Positions 25,288 through 54,552 of a DNA stretch of 64,000 nt are shown piece by piece; position 1 is the stretch's first letter; each line of letters opens with the position of its first letter. Location: positions 7,021,779-7,085,778 of the forward strand of contig MU058198.1 in NCBI GenBank assembly GCA_013265495.1, given 5' to 3'. This stretch comes from Vicugna vicugna. Lineage: Eukaryota. Under the pieces are notes generated by a model. That model made no database searches. It was not told the DNA's origin and saw only the letters and a program-made list of their open reading frames with translations. A program made the position numbers and the translations under genes.

Positions 25288-25799
25288 GGCTGCTCCCTGG
25301 TTACCCCCTGGGCTGTTTCCCTTCAACGTTCCCACTCTTGATTCTCTCTCCTTAAAGAGGATCTCTTGATCCTCTCTTCACCTTGTATCCCTCTTTCTCG
25401 CCTCCTTCATGTACCTCTAACCCTCCTTTCCTTTATCTTCTTTCTCCCCTCTCCTCTCTCTTCTTTCTCCTTCCCGCAATTTCCTCTCTATCCCTCTGTC
25501 TCTCCTTTCCCCGCCTTCTGTCTCCCCCTCTCCTTTCTTCTCTCCTCCGTCCACGCACCTCCCCCCCCCCCGCCCCGCCTCTCTTCTCTCTCTCTCTTTC
25601 CTTTCTCTCCCCTCTCCACCTTTCCTTCTCGCTTCCCCGGACAGCACTTCCTACCCCACCTGGACCCGCAGCCCCGGGAACCCGCAACCAGCCGTCCTCC
25701 GCAGCGACTTCTCTCTCTCCTTCCTTCCCCCTCTCCTTCCTGCCCTCGCTTCTCACTCCACCCGACCTGCAGGTTCTCTCTCTTTCCTTCTCGCTCTTC

Positions 25800-44325
<18,526 letters not shown>

Positions 44326-44474
44326 ACCCAAGACTAAGGCTGCAGGACCCAGGATGCCCCTCCTCTCCTCATTCTGGGCAGGGAGGAGTACAGGACATGG
44401 TCTCTTGCTCCCTTCCTCCCTGCTGTGTAAATAGTCTCCTGGTCCCACAAGGGGGCTTTGATGACCCTACAGTA

Positions 44475-44842
44475 AATAAACCAGCATCCTGTGCCCAAAG
44501 CCTCCTCTTCTCAGTTGCCAAACAAGGGGCCTCCCCCTACTACCCAACTCTACCCGCTTTTGAACCCTGGGAGGGGAACTCAGCCCCTGCTGCAACTCCT
44601 GGGGCCCCTCCTGCCCAGGGCACCCCACCAAGACTGCCCAAGAACTCTGCTGCTCCCTTGGCCATGAAGGTTCTGCCCTTCCCAGATGCTCTGGCCCTGG
44701 GCCTAACCTCTAACCCTTGGAGGGTCAGAAGAAGAGGGATAAAGGGGGGAGAGCTGGGACAAGGCCCTCCCCTCTTCCTGCCATCTCCCCAACCCTCAGT
44801 CTCCCCATCTTTGCTTCTGGATTTTTGTTTTTGAGCAATAAA
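44475..44842 (+). terminator. SEZ6L2 candidate poly(A) signals (AATAAA at 44475-44480 and 44837-44842)
   Basis: Two canonical hexamers downstream of the stop at 44325. Confidence 0.65.
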
Positions 44843-46134
44843 CAGAAAATCACCATTTGGAACTGGGCTGGTGGGGTGTGGGAAGGTGGGTCACAGAGCA
44901 CTGGAGACAGTGATGGTGGCCTCCCTGGAGTGAGGACTGGGGAAAGGGAGCAATGTGGGGAAAAGTTGGATATCTAAGACTGCAGACAGGGCAAAGTCAA
45001 GGGAACAGGCCTGGGGTCAAAAAGCCTGGCTTTAGGCTCAGCCTCTGGACGACCAGCTGGGCCCCCTCCTGGCCTCAGCTGTCTCTCCACAGGGCTTGCT
45101 GTTTCCAGGCTCTTCTAGCTGGGAGAGAGCTGTCAGTAGCTGCCTCTCCTCCCTCCTCGTTTGGCAGCTGGAAAACAGCTCTCGATTTGTTTCATGACCA
45201 GTTGACCTAAAATTCAACCCCCTCCTGGGAATTCTTGTACCCATCCAAGTGCACCATTCTTTCTCCCCCCAATCATTTTGGCATTTTAAGCATATAATCT
45301 GTTACATGTCTACCAAGCATTAGGCAGATTTGCAGCATCTCATAAACAAGGAGCTTGCTTTGTAGCCTGGGGGTGTTCTTTTCTACTTTATCTACTTCTG
45401 AACATTGTAAGGAATTTACAGCCTGTTTGTCTTAAAGTCTTTCTCCAAATCAATTGAATTTTACTTAATTAAAATTTTATAATTAAATACAAGGAAACAT
45501 TTTTAGGACACTCAAAAGGATACTGAAATACTCAAAATGGGGCTGAATTTTAGGAGCACCTGAGGAAACTGACCTTGATAACAGCCTAAGTTTAGAGGCA
45601 TTTATTCTGTGCCAGGCATTGTGATGAGCACTTAACGTGCGTTATGTTTTCAACCCACACAAGGCCCCTATAAGACAGGGACAATTATTCCCATTTTTCA
45701 GATAAGGAAACGGAGGCTCAGCAGTGTGAACTGACTTCCTTAGGAGGCTCCAATTAAGTGGCCAGACTGGAATTTTTTTCTTTCCTGTTAACTCTTTTAA
45801 TACTCACAACACCTCTTTGAGAAAGATGTCATTATCATCTAATTAGATGGTTAATAAAAAGCATTCGATAAAGTTCCACATTAATTCATGCTTAAAAAAG
45901 CAAATTAGTAATTAAAAGGAATTTCTTTACCTAATAAAGAATGTGACAAGCAAGCTGTAATTTTTTAAAAAAATATATGTACCAATTTAAATTCCCAGCA
46001 ACAGTGTGTTAAGAGTTTTGCCTGCTTCACGACCTCACGAACAGTTGGTAGCATCAGACAAAAGTATTTGATTGTCCTATCACTTAATTTGCATTTTCCT
46101 AAAATTTATGATATGTTTAACTTTCATATTCCCT

Positions 46135-46270
46135 TTTTTTAAATTGACATATAGTTGGTTCATAATGTTTTAATTTCCGGTACAGCATAGTGATTCAGCT
46201 ATACATATATATATATATTCCTTTTCATATTCTTTTTCATTATAGGCTATTACAAGGTATTGAATATAGT
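46135..46270 (-). mobile_element. Short LINE-1 3' end (artiodactyl type)
   Basis: T-tract followed by AATTGACATATAGTTGGTT...CAGCATAGTGATTCAG...TATAGGCTATTACAAGGTATTGAATATAGT. Confidence 0.75.
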
Positions 46271-46905
46271 CAGACTGGGATTTAAATGCAAACTCCACCA
46301 AGCCTACTACACTGCCCTCTGGCTAGTAATGGGCATAATATATTCCCAGAGCCAGGAGGCTCCAAAGTATGGAGGGGAGACCTCAACACTGACTCTGGTG
46401 GCAGAGTGGCTCCTGAGAAGCAAAGGTGGACCCTCTCAGATGCCACAGAAGGTGCTGGAGTTTGGCTAGATGCTGGATCTAGATCCATGGACTCATCTCT
46501 GCCAACAGGTTGACAGATAATAGGTTGAAAACTGCCTGAATTAAAGCCATTTTCATAATATGGAATAAGCTGTTCCAATAAGATCTGGCAAAAGTGGAGA
46601 GGACACTCTTCCCACATCACTCCAGAGAAGCCACAAGAGAGCACTGCCCAGGTTGGGAGCAGGGAAAGATCTCTGTCTTTATTAAAGCTTTTGATTTCTG
46701 GTGGTGTCACTGCCAGTTGAGCGTGGAGAGGTGTTTGATGGTTCCAGAACACTTCGGAGGCTTCAGGGGTGATGTTGCTCATGACTAGGAGTCCCCCCAA
46801 AACCGAACAATTGAATGAATTTTGAAAGAGATCTGATGCATGTTCTAGAGGGACACAATGGGGGAGGGCACGAGAGGCCAAGAGCAGCACCAAAGAGCGT
46901 TGGGT

Positions 46906-49604
46906 TCATCCTCCAGATGTCAAGCTGCTAGGCAGAGCTCCCTAGAAAACAGCAAGTCATTTGGACCCTTTAGATGCAAGGCTCATAGCTTTTTATCCTT
47001 ACCTTCTTCACCTGTCTAGCCAACCCCTATCCCCCACCCATCTATTTACCCATCCCCCATTCCCCATCCATCCATCCACCCACTATTCCCCTTCCATCAA
47101 TTTATTCATCCACAAATCTACCCATCATTCCCCATTCATAACAGACACTCAATAAACATTTGCTGTCAATTCCTTCTCTGCTTTCTTCATGAACCCCTCT
47201 CTTCTTGTCTGCCAACCCCTTACATGGAGAGGTTCTCTAGGGTTCCAGCCTCAGTACCCTCTTCTTTCTCACTCTGCACAACCCCCCAGGGCAACCACAC
47301 ACTCTTCAACTGCCAACTCCCTCCTAGATCAGACCTCTATCACTGGCCCAGACCTTGCCAGTGAGTTCTGAAGCTGTATTTCCAACTGTCTACAGGGTAT
47401 TTCCACCTAGAATTCCTAGGGGCACCTCAAACACAATCTGTCCGAAGGCGGGAGCATGCCTGCCATGCTCCAGGAAGAATAAGAAGGCTGGTGTGAATGA
47501 AAGCAGGGAAAGGGAAGCAGTCATAGGCAATGAGGTCAGAGCAACAATGGGGCTGGGGAGGAGAAAGTACATGAAGGGCCTTGTGACCCGCTGAAGAACT
47601 TTGGCTTTGACTCTGAAATGAAGAACTATTGTAGAGTCTAAACAGAAGCATGATAGCATCAGACTTAGGTTACCCAAGTCAGAAACCTGTGTGTCATCTG
47701 ATTCCTTCTTTTTCATCCTCACCATTTCTAATCAATTACCAAACTCAGTCTTCCTGGCCTGTATTTCTCATATCTGCCCCTCCTCTCATCTCTTTTACTC
47801 TGACAATTCAGGACCTAATCATCTCGAGCTTAGTCTCCAATTCCTATTTGGCCTCCCTGCCTCTGGTCTATCCCCTTTCCACTTCAGTCTCCCCACTGAC
47901 TCCCAGAGTGACTGATCTAAAATTCCAACCTCCCTTGCTCAAAACTCTTCAATGACACCTCACCTATAGGAAAACATCTATGGATCTTAATAAGGCAGAC
48001 ATAAGGGCTCTTGATTAGTCCCTGGCTACCTTGCCTGCACAGTCCAGCAGTTAAAGTGCTTCTGGTCTCAGCCTCTTTCCTGTCCTAAGAACACACACAT
48101 ACACCCACACTCATGCTCCTGAGACTCACCTCTGCACCTTTGCTCATGCAAGCTCTACCACTTGGATACACTTACAACCCTGTTTTTTCCTGGAAATTTC
48201 TTTATTTAGGTGTCCCCTCCTCCAGGAAGCTCCATGACTTCTTTCCTTCCTATCCCAACTAAGGCTGGGATAAGTGCCCTTCTCACTGTTTCAATTTCTA
48301 TTATGGGCACTTATCCATATTTATTGTAATTGGCCACCTACTTGACTGGTCCAACACTAAACTCTGAACTCTTCAAGGACAGCGACTGTATCACTCATCT
48401 GGGTCCCAAATTCCTAAAACAGGGACTGGCATATCATGTGAACTCTAAATGTGTGGTTAATTCTGAATTGTCTTGTCATGCATGGACCCAGTACGTACCT
48501 TCTCACGAGGGGATGGTAGGAGGTGTGCCTTGGTACGGGTACAGTTTCTGTCAGAGCTAGAGATGGCGGAAGGAAAGGAGAGGACTGAGGAATCTCAATT
48601 CAAGGGTCAGAGCAGAACAGAATAGGTTTACGTGGTTTAAAAATACCTCTGCCCTGCTGGGATGTTGTCAAACCCTCACTCTCTCCCCTACAGCCTCCTT
48701 ATTTTTCTCCCAGGACAAAGAGCCTCTCCCTTGAAGCCTCACTCACCAGGTGTCAGTGCCTCGGGTCTTTGTGAAGAACACTGGAAGTAGAGGCCCCAGA
48801 CAGAGAAATTACTATCCCCATAGCCAGAAAGAAATGTGGCTAGGGAGGAAGGGGCTAAGGTGATTGCTGGCCAGCAGTGAGGGGTGGGTACTGGGTTAGT
48901 GGGCAGGGGGCACTGGGCAGTCCCAGAACTGGCTGTGGGTTGTGAGGGATGAGAATGGATTCCTGGAGAGGAATCCACGTGGTTGGGAGGGTGTCAGGGA
49001 CTGGAACTAGGGGTACAGGAGGGTCCCTGGACACAGTGGTCCTGGAGTAGGGGTCACCGTGTTTGGATATCTGAGTCCCTCGGTCTTGTGTCTGTTTTTC
49101 CTCCATGGGCACAGGGTTCATGTGGAAGGCAGCCATAAACAAGGCCTCGTCGGTGAGTTCCGTGCTGATCCGGGTCAGGAATTCCTCAGAATGCAAAACC
49201 TTATGGGAAAGGGAAATCAGAGGGGCTCAGCCTGGGAGTTCCTACATGGGAGTCCTGGGTCTAGAGGCTCCCTGGCTGGGGGCTCTGGATCTAAGGAGTC
49301 TGGTATTGGAGAGCTGGGCCTTGAGATTTGGCCTAGAAGGCCCTGGAAGGTGGGGAAGGGGGAGGAACTCTTTGAGGACCTTAGGGCCTAGTGCTGGGGG
49401 CTCTGGGCTCAAGGTTGAGGCTAGAGTTTCAAGGCTGGAGGTCCCAGTGCCCTCAGACAAGGCGCTCCCCAGCTCATTTCACCCCCAGCTCAAGAATTCC
49501 TCTCCAGTGCTCACCGGACCTCCGCCCAATGAGGTTGCAGAGGTTGCTGCCTGGGACTGCCGGCTGCCCTTTTTCTTCTCATTCCTAGTAGGACTGGATG
49601 CCAT
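46906..49604 (-). CDS. Putative uncharacterised 119-aa protein, 5 coding exons; positional counterpart of human CDIPTOSP (CDIPT-AS1) / mouse Cdiptos
   Basis: Exons 49604-49515, 49199-49058, 48780-48747, 48556-48499, 46941-46906; total 360 nt. All GT-AG with pyrimidine tracts; phases 0/1/2/0 are consistent. Kozak GGGATGG. Minus-strand AATAAA at 46683-46678. The last exon is the least certain. Confidence 0.72.
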
Positions 49605-49949
49605 CCCCCTGGGAACAGTTGGAGCCTGTGTTAGGCTGAGAAACCAGACCACTTTCCCCAAACCCAACCCACTACCATTCCCTGAGGCCTTAGAGAACTG
49701 TGTCAGTTCTCTCTCCGGAAATTTAATTAAAAAAAAAAACAAAAAACGTTGCCTTAAATCTTTCTGGGGGCGGGACTCGGACTCCATAACACTCTCCTCC
49801 CCACCCTCGCCCAGGGGAGGCCTCTCTTTTCTTCTTTCCACCCAAGGCCCTTCCCCAGACAAGGCAGCCCACTTGCATTCCCCGACCTGGCAGATGGGTC
49901 GAAATCTTGGGCTACTCGGCAGGAGGGGAGACAGGCAGGTCTAAGGAGC

Positions 49950-51130
49950 CCTTTTATGGGCCGTGGGGACAGGGATATGGGAGCTGGGGAGGAAGGTTGG
50001 AGAGAGGGGAACCTGGGGCGGCGCGCGGCTACCCGTTGCTATAAAAACCTTGGCGTCTGCGGAGGTTCCCCAGCTCCGTTGCCAGGAGATTAGGGATTCT
50101 AGAATCAAGGGTGGGGTGGGGGGCATTTTACCAGCTTATCACATTCGCTCTTCCAACCTCTCCTCCACCCCCTCTAGGTCCCTCCTTGGGGGCAGTGACC
50201 TCAGAGCCAGTGGCTTGAGAAATTGGGGAAGATTATGTAGGGTGGAGCCTGGGACCTAATCCTCCTACCACTAGGGGTACGCAAGAAGCAACCCCGCCCC
50301 AGGCCGCTGTCCAGCCTCTCTAGCCGTCAACTCGTTGCCTGAAACCTGCGGGAGCAGATAAGGACTGAGAGACTGGGCGGGGAAGAAAAATGTGGACTGT
50401 ACCAAGTAACATTGCCTCTCGGAGGTGCAATGACTCAGGAGTGCGGAATCTTTTCTCTTTTGTACCCAGAAAGTCACACCCTACGCAGAAAGGAAAGTAC
50501 AAACATTTATCTAGGCCTCCTCTTTTGACCTCTCCCTTTCAGTTCCTTCCTTTCCTCGACGTTGATTGTTCTTTGCCCCCTCTCCTCCCTCTGTGCTTTG
50601 GTACGAGCCGATGGAAAGGGGAGGAGGAAAGAAAAGGAAAAGGAAGCGAGCAGGTCTTAAAGGGGCAGCAGCGGTTTTTTAAGCCTCCTCCTTCCTCCAA
50701 TTTTGCAAGAGCGAACGCAGAAGAGTAGGTTTCCGGAAGACGAGTACAGCTGGAACAGCAAGGGCTGCAGCTGGAGGTGGGAGCGCGTGCGGGGCTGACG
50801 GAGGCGAAGGTCTGCCCGTAGAAAGGGCGGGGTGTGCGCGCCCCCTGCGCCCAGCGCCCAGCGCCCAGCGCCCAGCTGGGCTTCTGCATGCTCCGGCCGG
50901 CAGTGAGCTTTAACATCTGGGGCCCGGCTAGGGCAGCAGGGACCTGCGCGCAGTGGGCGAGGCCGATGCGCCGGGCCGGAGGGTAAACTGTCTGGCGGGG
51001 CTAGGACAGAGCTGGCACCTCCATATAGGGCCCAGGGCACCCAGTAGGCCTCCGCGATGCCAGGCGAAAATATCTTCCTGTTTGTGCCTAACCTCATCGG
51101 TGAGTGTATCCGCGGCTCCGGCCCGAACGG
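49950..51130. promoter_or_regulatory. CpG-island bidirectional promoter region of CDIPT and the opposite-strand gene
   Basis: CpG-dense. ETS palindrome TTCCGGAA (~50731), GC boxes, and X-box-like motifs at 50035, 50078 and 50334. Confidence 0.75.
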
Positions 51131-53657
51131 GATGGCTAGGGCCCTTGCTTGGGCAGGCTCCCTGATCTGCCCTGTCTCCCCTTGTCCGATCCCAAGGTTA
51201 TGCCCGGATTGTCTTCGCCATAATTTCTTTCTACTTCATGCCCTGCTGCCCCCTCACGGCCTCCTCCTTCTACCTGCTCAGCGGACTTCTGGACGCTTTC
51301 GATGGATACGCTGCTCGAGTCCTTAATCAAGGTGACAGACACCTCTTTCCAGCCAGCCTTGGGGTCCAACAACCCTCTGGCCCCTTTTCCTGCCTCCTCA
51401 GGACCTCTGGGTGGGCGAGTACTCGGGAATCTGAGGGCTCTGTCATTCCTATCTCTGAAGCAGAACAGAATGGCCTGGTTTTGTAGCAGAAGGGATTTAA
51501 GTTCGCTGTTGAGGTGAACTCAGAGATAGTGAGGGATGAGGGATAGCAAGACTGGGCGTGGCAGTGCTGGAGGCCTCTCTGAATAAAAATCCATTCAACA
51601 ATGTTTACTGGGCATCTACTGTGTGCCAGGCACAAGCCATAAGGATTCCAGAAGGCATGTTTAGAGGGAGGATGGAGAGGGAAGGTGGACGGCTTCTGGA
51701 GGGTTGACTAATTTTTTCATCTGTTCTTCAGCCCTGCCTCCAAGACTTCAAGTCTCTGTGTCTTGAGACCTGGATCCTTGGTTCTGGGACTGATGAGTTG
51801 TAGAGCTAGATTTCTCACTCCCTCCTACACTGTTCTCTCCACACTCCCATGCTGCCTTGTTACATGGTGTGGTGACCCTTGCCCTTTGACCTTCGCACCC
51901 CAGCAATAGCAGCCTGTTTTCCTCCCCGGGCAATGGATGGTGGACATTTTCACTCTTAGGCTCTGCATCAAGTGATACATCAAATATGCTCACTGTCGTA
52001 GATCCACTACCCTCTTCAGCCCCTTTCCACCTAATAGTCCCCATTTTTCAGGAACCCGGTTTGGGGCCATGCTGGACATGCTGACAGACCGCTGCTCCAC
52101 AATGTGTCTGCTGGTCAACCTGGCCCTGCTGTACCCTCGCGCCACCCTTCTCTTCCAGCTCAGCATGAGCTTGGATGTGGCCAGCCACTGGCTGCACCTC
52201 CACAGGTCTGCGATTCCAGGGGTGCTGAGCAGTTGAAGACATTGCGGTGGGGAGGAGTGAAACTTTCTGGGGAGGAATGTCTTCAGGCTTTGGGGGAGAT
52301 CTCCTGTTTAGCTCTGCTTTGTTGAAGGACCCTGGGAAAATCTCTAAATCAGCTTCATTCATTCTGTTTTACCAGTGGTTTAAGCAATCCTGAAAACTCT
52401 TCTGACTGGATATTTGAGGATTTCAAATAGATAACACCCCCCGGGAAGGGGCGTAGGGCATTAGAATCCTCATTCTTCCCCCATCTAAGTAATCTGTGTG
52501 ACTGCCGGCAAGCTGGTGATCCTCAGCTGTGCCCCATTCTCTCCTCTGTTCAGCAGAGGCAATCCCAGGCCCTACCTTGTGGGGTTGATAAGAGAATTAG
52601 ATGGGTATTTATGGTAATTAACACTTATAGATTCCCCCTACTTTCTCCCCAAGTTCTGTGGTCCAAGGCAGTGAAAGTCACAAGATGATTGACCTGTCTG
52701 GAAATCCAGTGCTTCGCATCTACTACACCTCCAAAGTAAGCATTTCCTGCCCCTCCCTATTTACTCAGCTTATGGCAAGGTCTGGCTGAGCCCTAGACCT
52801 GGGGTAGGATCTGCAGGAAGGGCCTGTGTGAATTGCTCCAGGCAGCAAGATAACCTGAGACCCAGGTGCACCCAGAGAGGAAGAATTCTTTGGCTTGAGG
52901 GGAGAGGGAGAGAGGGAGGGAAGGAAGGAGAAGCCAGAGCGGTCTGCAGAACCAGCTCTCAAAAGGCTGTAGGCTGAGACAAGGAGTGTAGACCTTATCC
53001 TGGGCGGAGGTTGTAGCACCGTCAGATAGGGTCCAGGGCCTGCAGCGATGCCAGGCAGAAATATCTTCCTGTTTATGCCTAACCTCACTGGTGAGTGCTG
53101 CCTGCGGATCTGGGCCAAAAGGGAGGGGGAAGAGGGGCAGATTACCTGATTCCCAGATCCCCCCAACCATCCCAGCCTCACCACAACCCCCTGCACCCCT
53201 GTTTCCCCAGTACAGTTCCTGACCCTAAGTTTGTTGGGGAGGAAACTGCCCCACCCTCTTGTTTAAGCAACGTTTTTGCTGTTTGTGCAGCCTGCTCTAT
53301 TTATCCTGTGTGCTGGCAATGAGCTCTTCTACTGCCTCCTCTACCTGTTCAATTTCTCCGAGGGACCTTTAGGTAGGAGATGAGGTGCCGGGCAGGAGGA
53401 TGGGAGGAGGACTGGCCTGCCCAGAAAGATGAAGGCTGCAGACTCTTGGGCCTGTCCCTGAGTTTGCATCCTGCTTTCTCTGTATCGCCCGCCTTTGCTC
53501 CCTTCCCACAGTTGGCTCAGTGGGTCTTTTCCGAATGGGCCTCTGGATCACCGCCCCTATCGCCTTGCTCAAGTCCCTCATCAGTGTCATCCACCTGATC
53601 ACAGCCGCCCGCAACATGGCTGCCCTGGACGCAGCAGACCGTGCCAAGAAGAAGTGA
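51057..53657 (+). CDS. CDIPT: CDP-diacylglycerol--inositol 3-phosphatidyltransferase (phosphatidylinositol synthase), 213 aa
   Basis: Exons 51057-51099, 51197-51331, 52052-52205, 52654-52735, 53291-53372, 53512-53657; total 642 nt. CDP-alcohol phosphotransferase motif DAFDGYAAR...G...D...D; C-terminus RAKKK. Confidence 0.98.
53005..53175 (+). other. Intronic duplicate of the CDIPT 5' UTR end, first coding exon and intron 1
   Basis: 53048-53090 matches 51057-51099 at 38/43 nt. ATG and donor GTGAGT are retained. Weaker similarity extends upstream and downstream. Confidence 0.9.
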
Positions 53658-54181
53658 CCCTGGCACCTCCAGCCCCTGGCTGCTCACCTGCCCTGGGAGC
53701 CTCACTGTGCTACGCGGCTCCCCTCTCCCTCCTAGGAGGTCCCAGGCTCACATCTTCCTAATGCATCGTCCAACCTGTGGGGAAGGGAGGGTTAGCCTTG
53801 TTGGTGATGTCATGTTCTCCGTAATCCCGAGGACCAGTCCCACCCCCGTGAGCTCCAAGGACCTGGACTTAAAATCAGGAAGGATGCTCAGGAGGCCCTG
53901 CCCCACATGGGCAGTGCTTCTGGGGCACCAAGATTGCTGTCTGAGGACTGGACATTGTCACAGCTGCTGGCTCAGCCCTGAGGTCTGGCTGGGCCTAAGA
54001 CTTTGGGGACACTTGAGTGAGGGAGGTGGGGTAGGGGACAGGTTTTCCAAAAGGCAGGGATTCAGACTTCTGACCCTGGCTAGAGGAAGCCTCTTGGCAC
54101 TGTGGCCGGGAGAGAAGGGACCTTCTAGATCCCTGTTGCAATCTCCTCTGTCCTGTCTGTCCTGGCTCTGAAAGCCTTGAT

Positions 54182-54187
54182 AATAAA
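54182..54187 (+). terminator. CDIPT poly(A) signal AATAAA
   Basis: First canonical hexamer after the stop, with T/GT-rich sequence downstream. Confidence 0.75.
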
Positions 54188-54377
54188 GGCAGGAGCATCA
54201 CTATTTTGGACTTGGTTTCCTTTGAGATCCTCTTGGTCCAGGGCCTGGGTTGAGAGGAGCTTGGGGAAGAGGAACTTGAGGGGGCACAGACTTTTCCTGT
54301 TCCTACTCTATCCCTGCAATGAAGATTAACCTTGACCTGGCATATCGTAGCTGCTTAATGAATATTCACAAATAGAT

Positions 54378-54552
54378 CAGTTGGTTTCACAGAGTGCAGG
54401 CCTTAGACTGCCTGTGGGCTGTTTCTTAAAAATTCAGCTTCTTGGAGCCATGCCAGTTCTTCAGAGTTGGAAACTCTAGGGATGGGCCCAGAAGTCTGCA
54501 ATTTTAATAAATTCCAGATGATTGACTTCCCAATTACATTGAGGATCACTGT
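54378..54552. mobile_element. hAT-Charlie MITE (MER5A-like)
   Basis: Ends resemble CAGTTGGTTTCACA...TTGAGGATCACTG; internal GGGCCCAGAAGTCTGCAATTTTAATAA. Confidence 0.6.

Noticed and set aside
25288..25335. ORF-track start of ASPHD1 at 25335
   Set aside because: The codon is GTG. A strong-context ATG at 25287 is the more plausible start.
46282..46893. 203-aa minus-strand ORF
   Set aside because: Non-ATG start, lies in the predicted 3' UTR of the novel gene, and spans its poly(A) signal.
49105..49944. 279-aa plus-strand ORF
   Set aside because: It lies antisense to the spliced minus-strand gene, runs through a poly-A tract and promoter sequence, and has no recognisable domain.
51300..51325. 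CDIPT DGYAARV versus recalled human DGHAARA
   Set aside because: The changes fall on variable positions of the DxxDGxxAR motif; the catalytic residues are intact.
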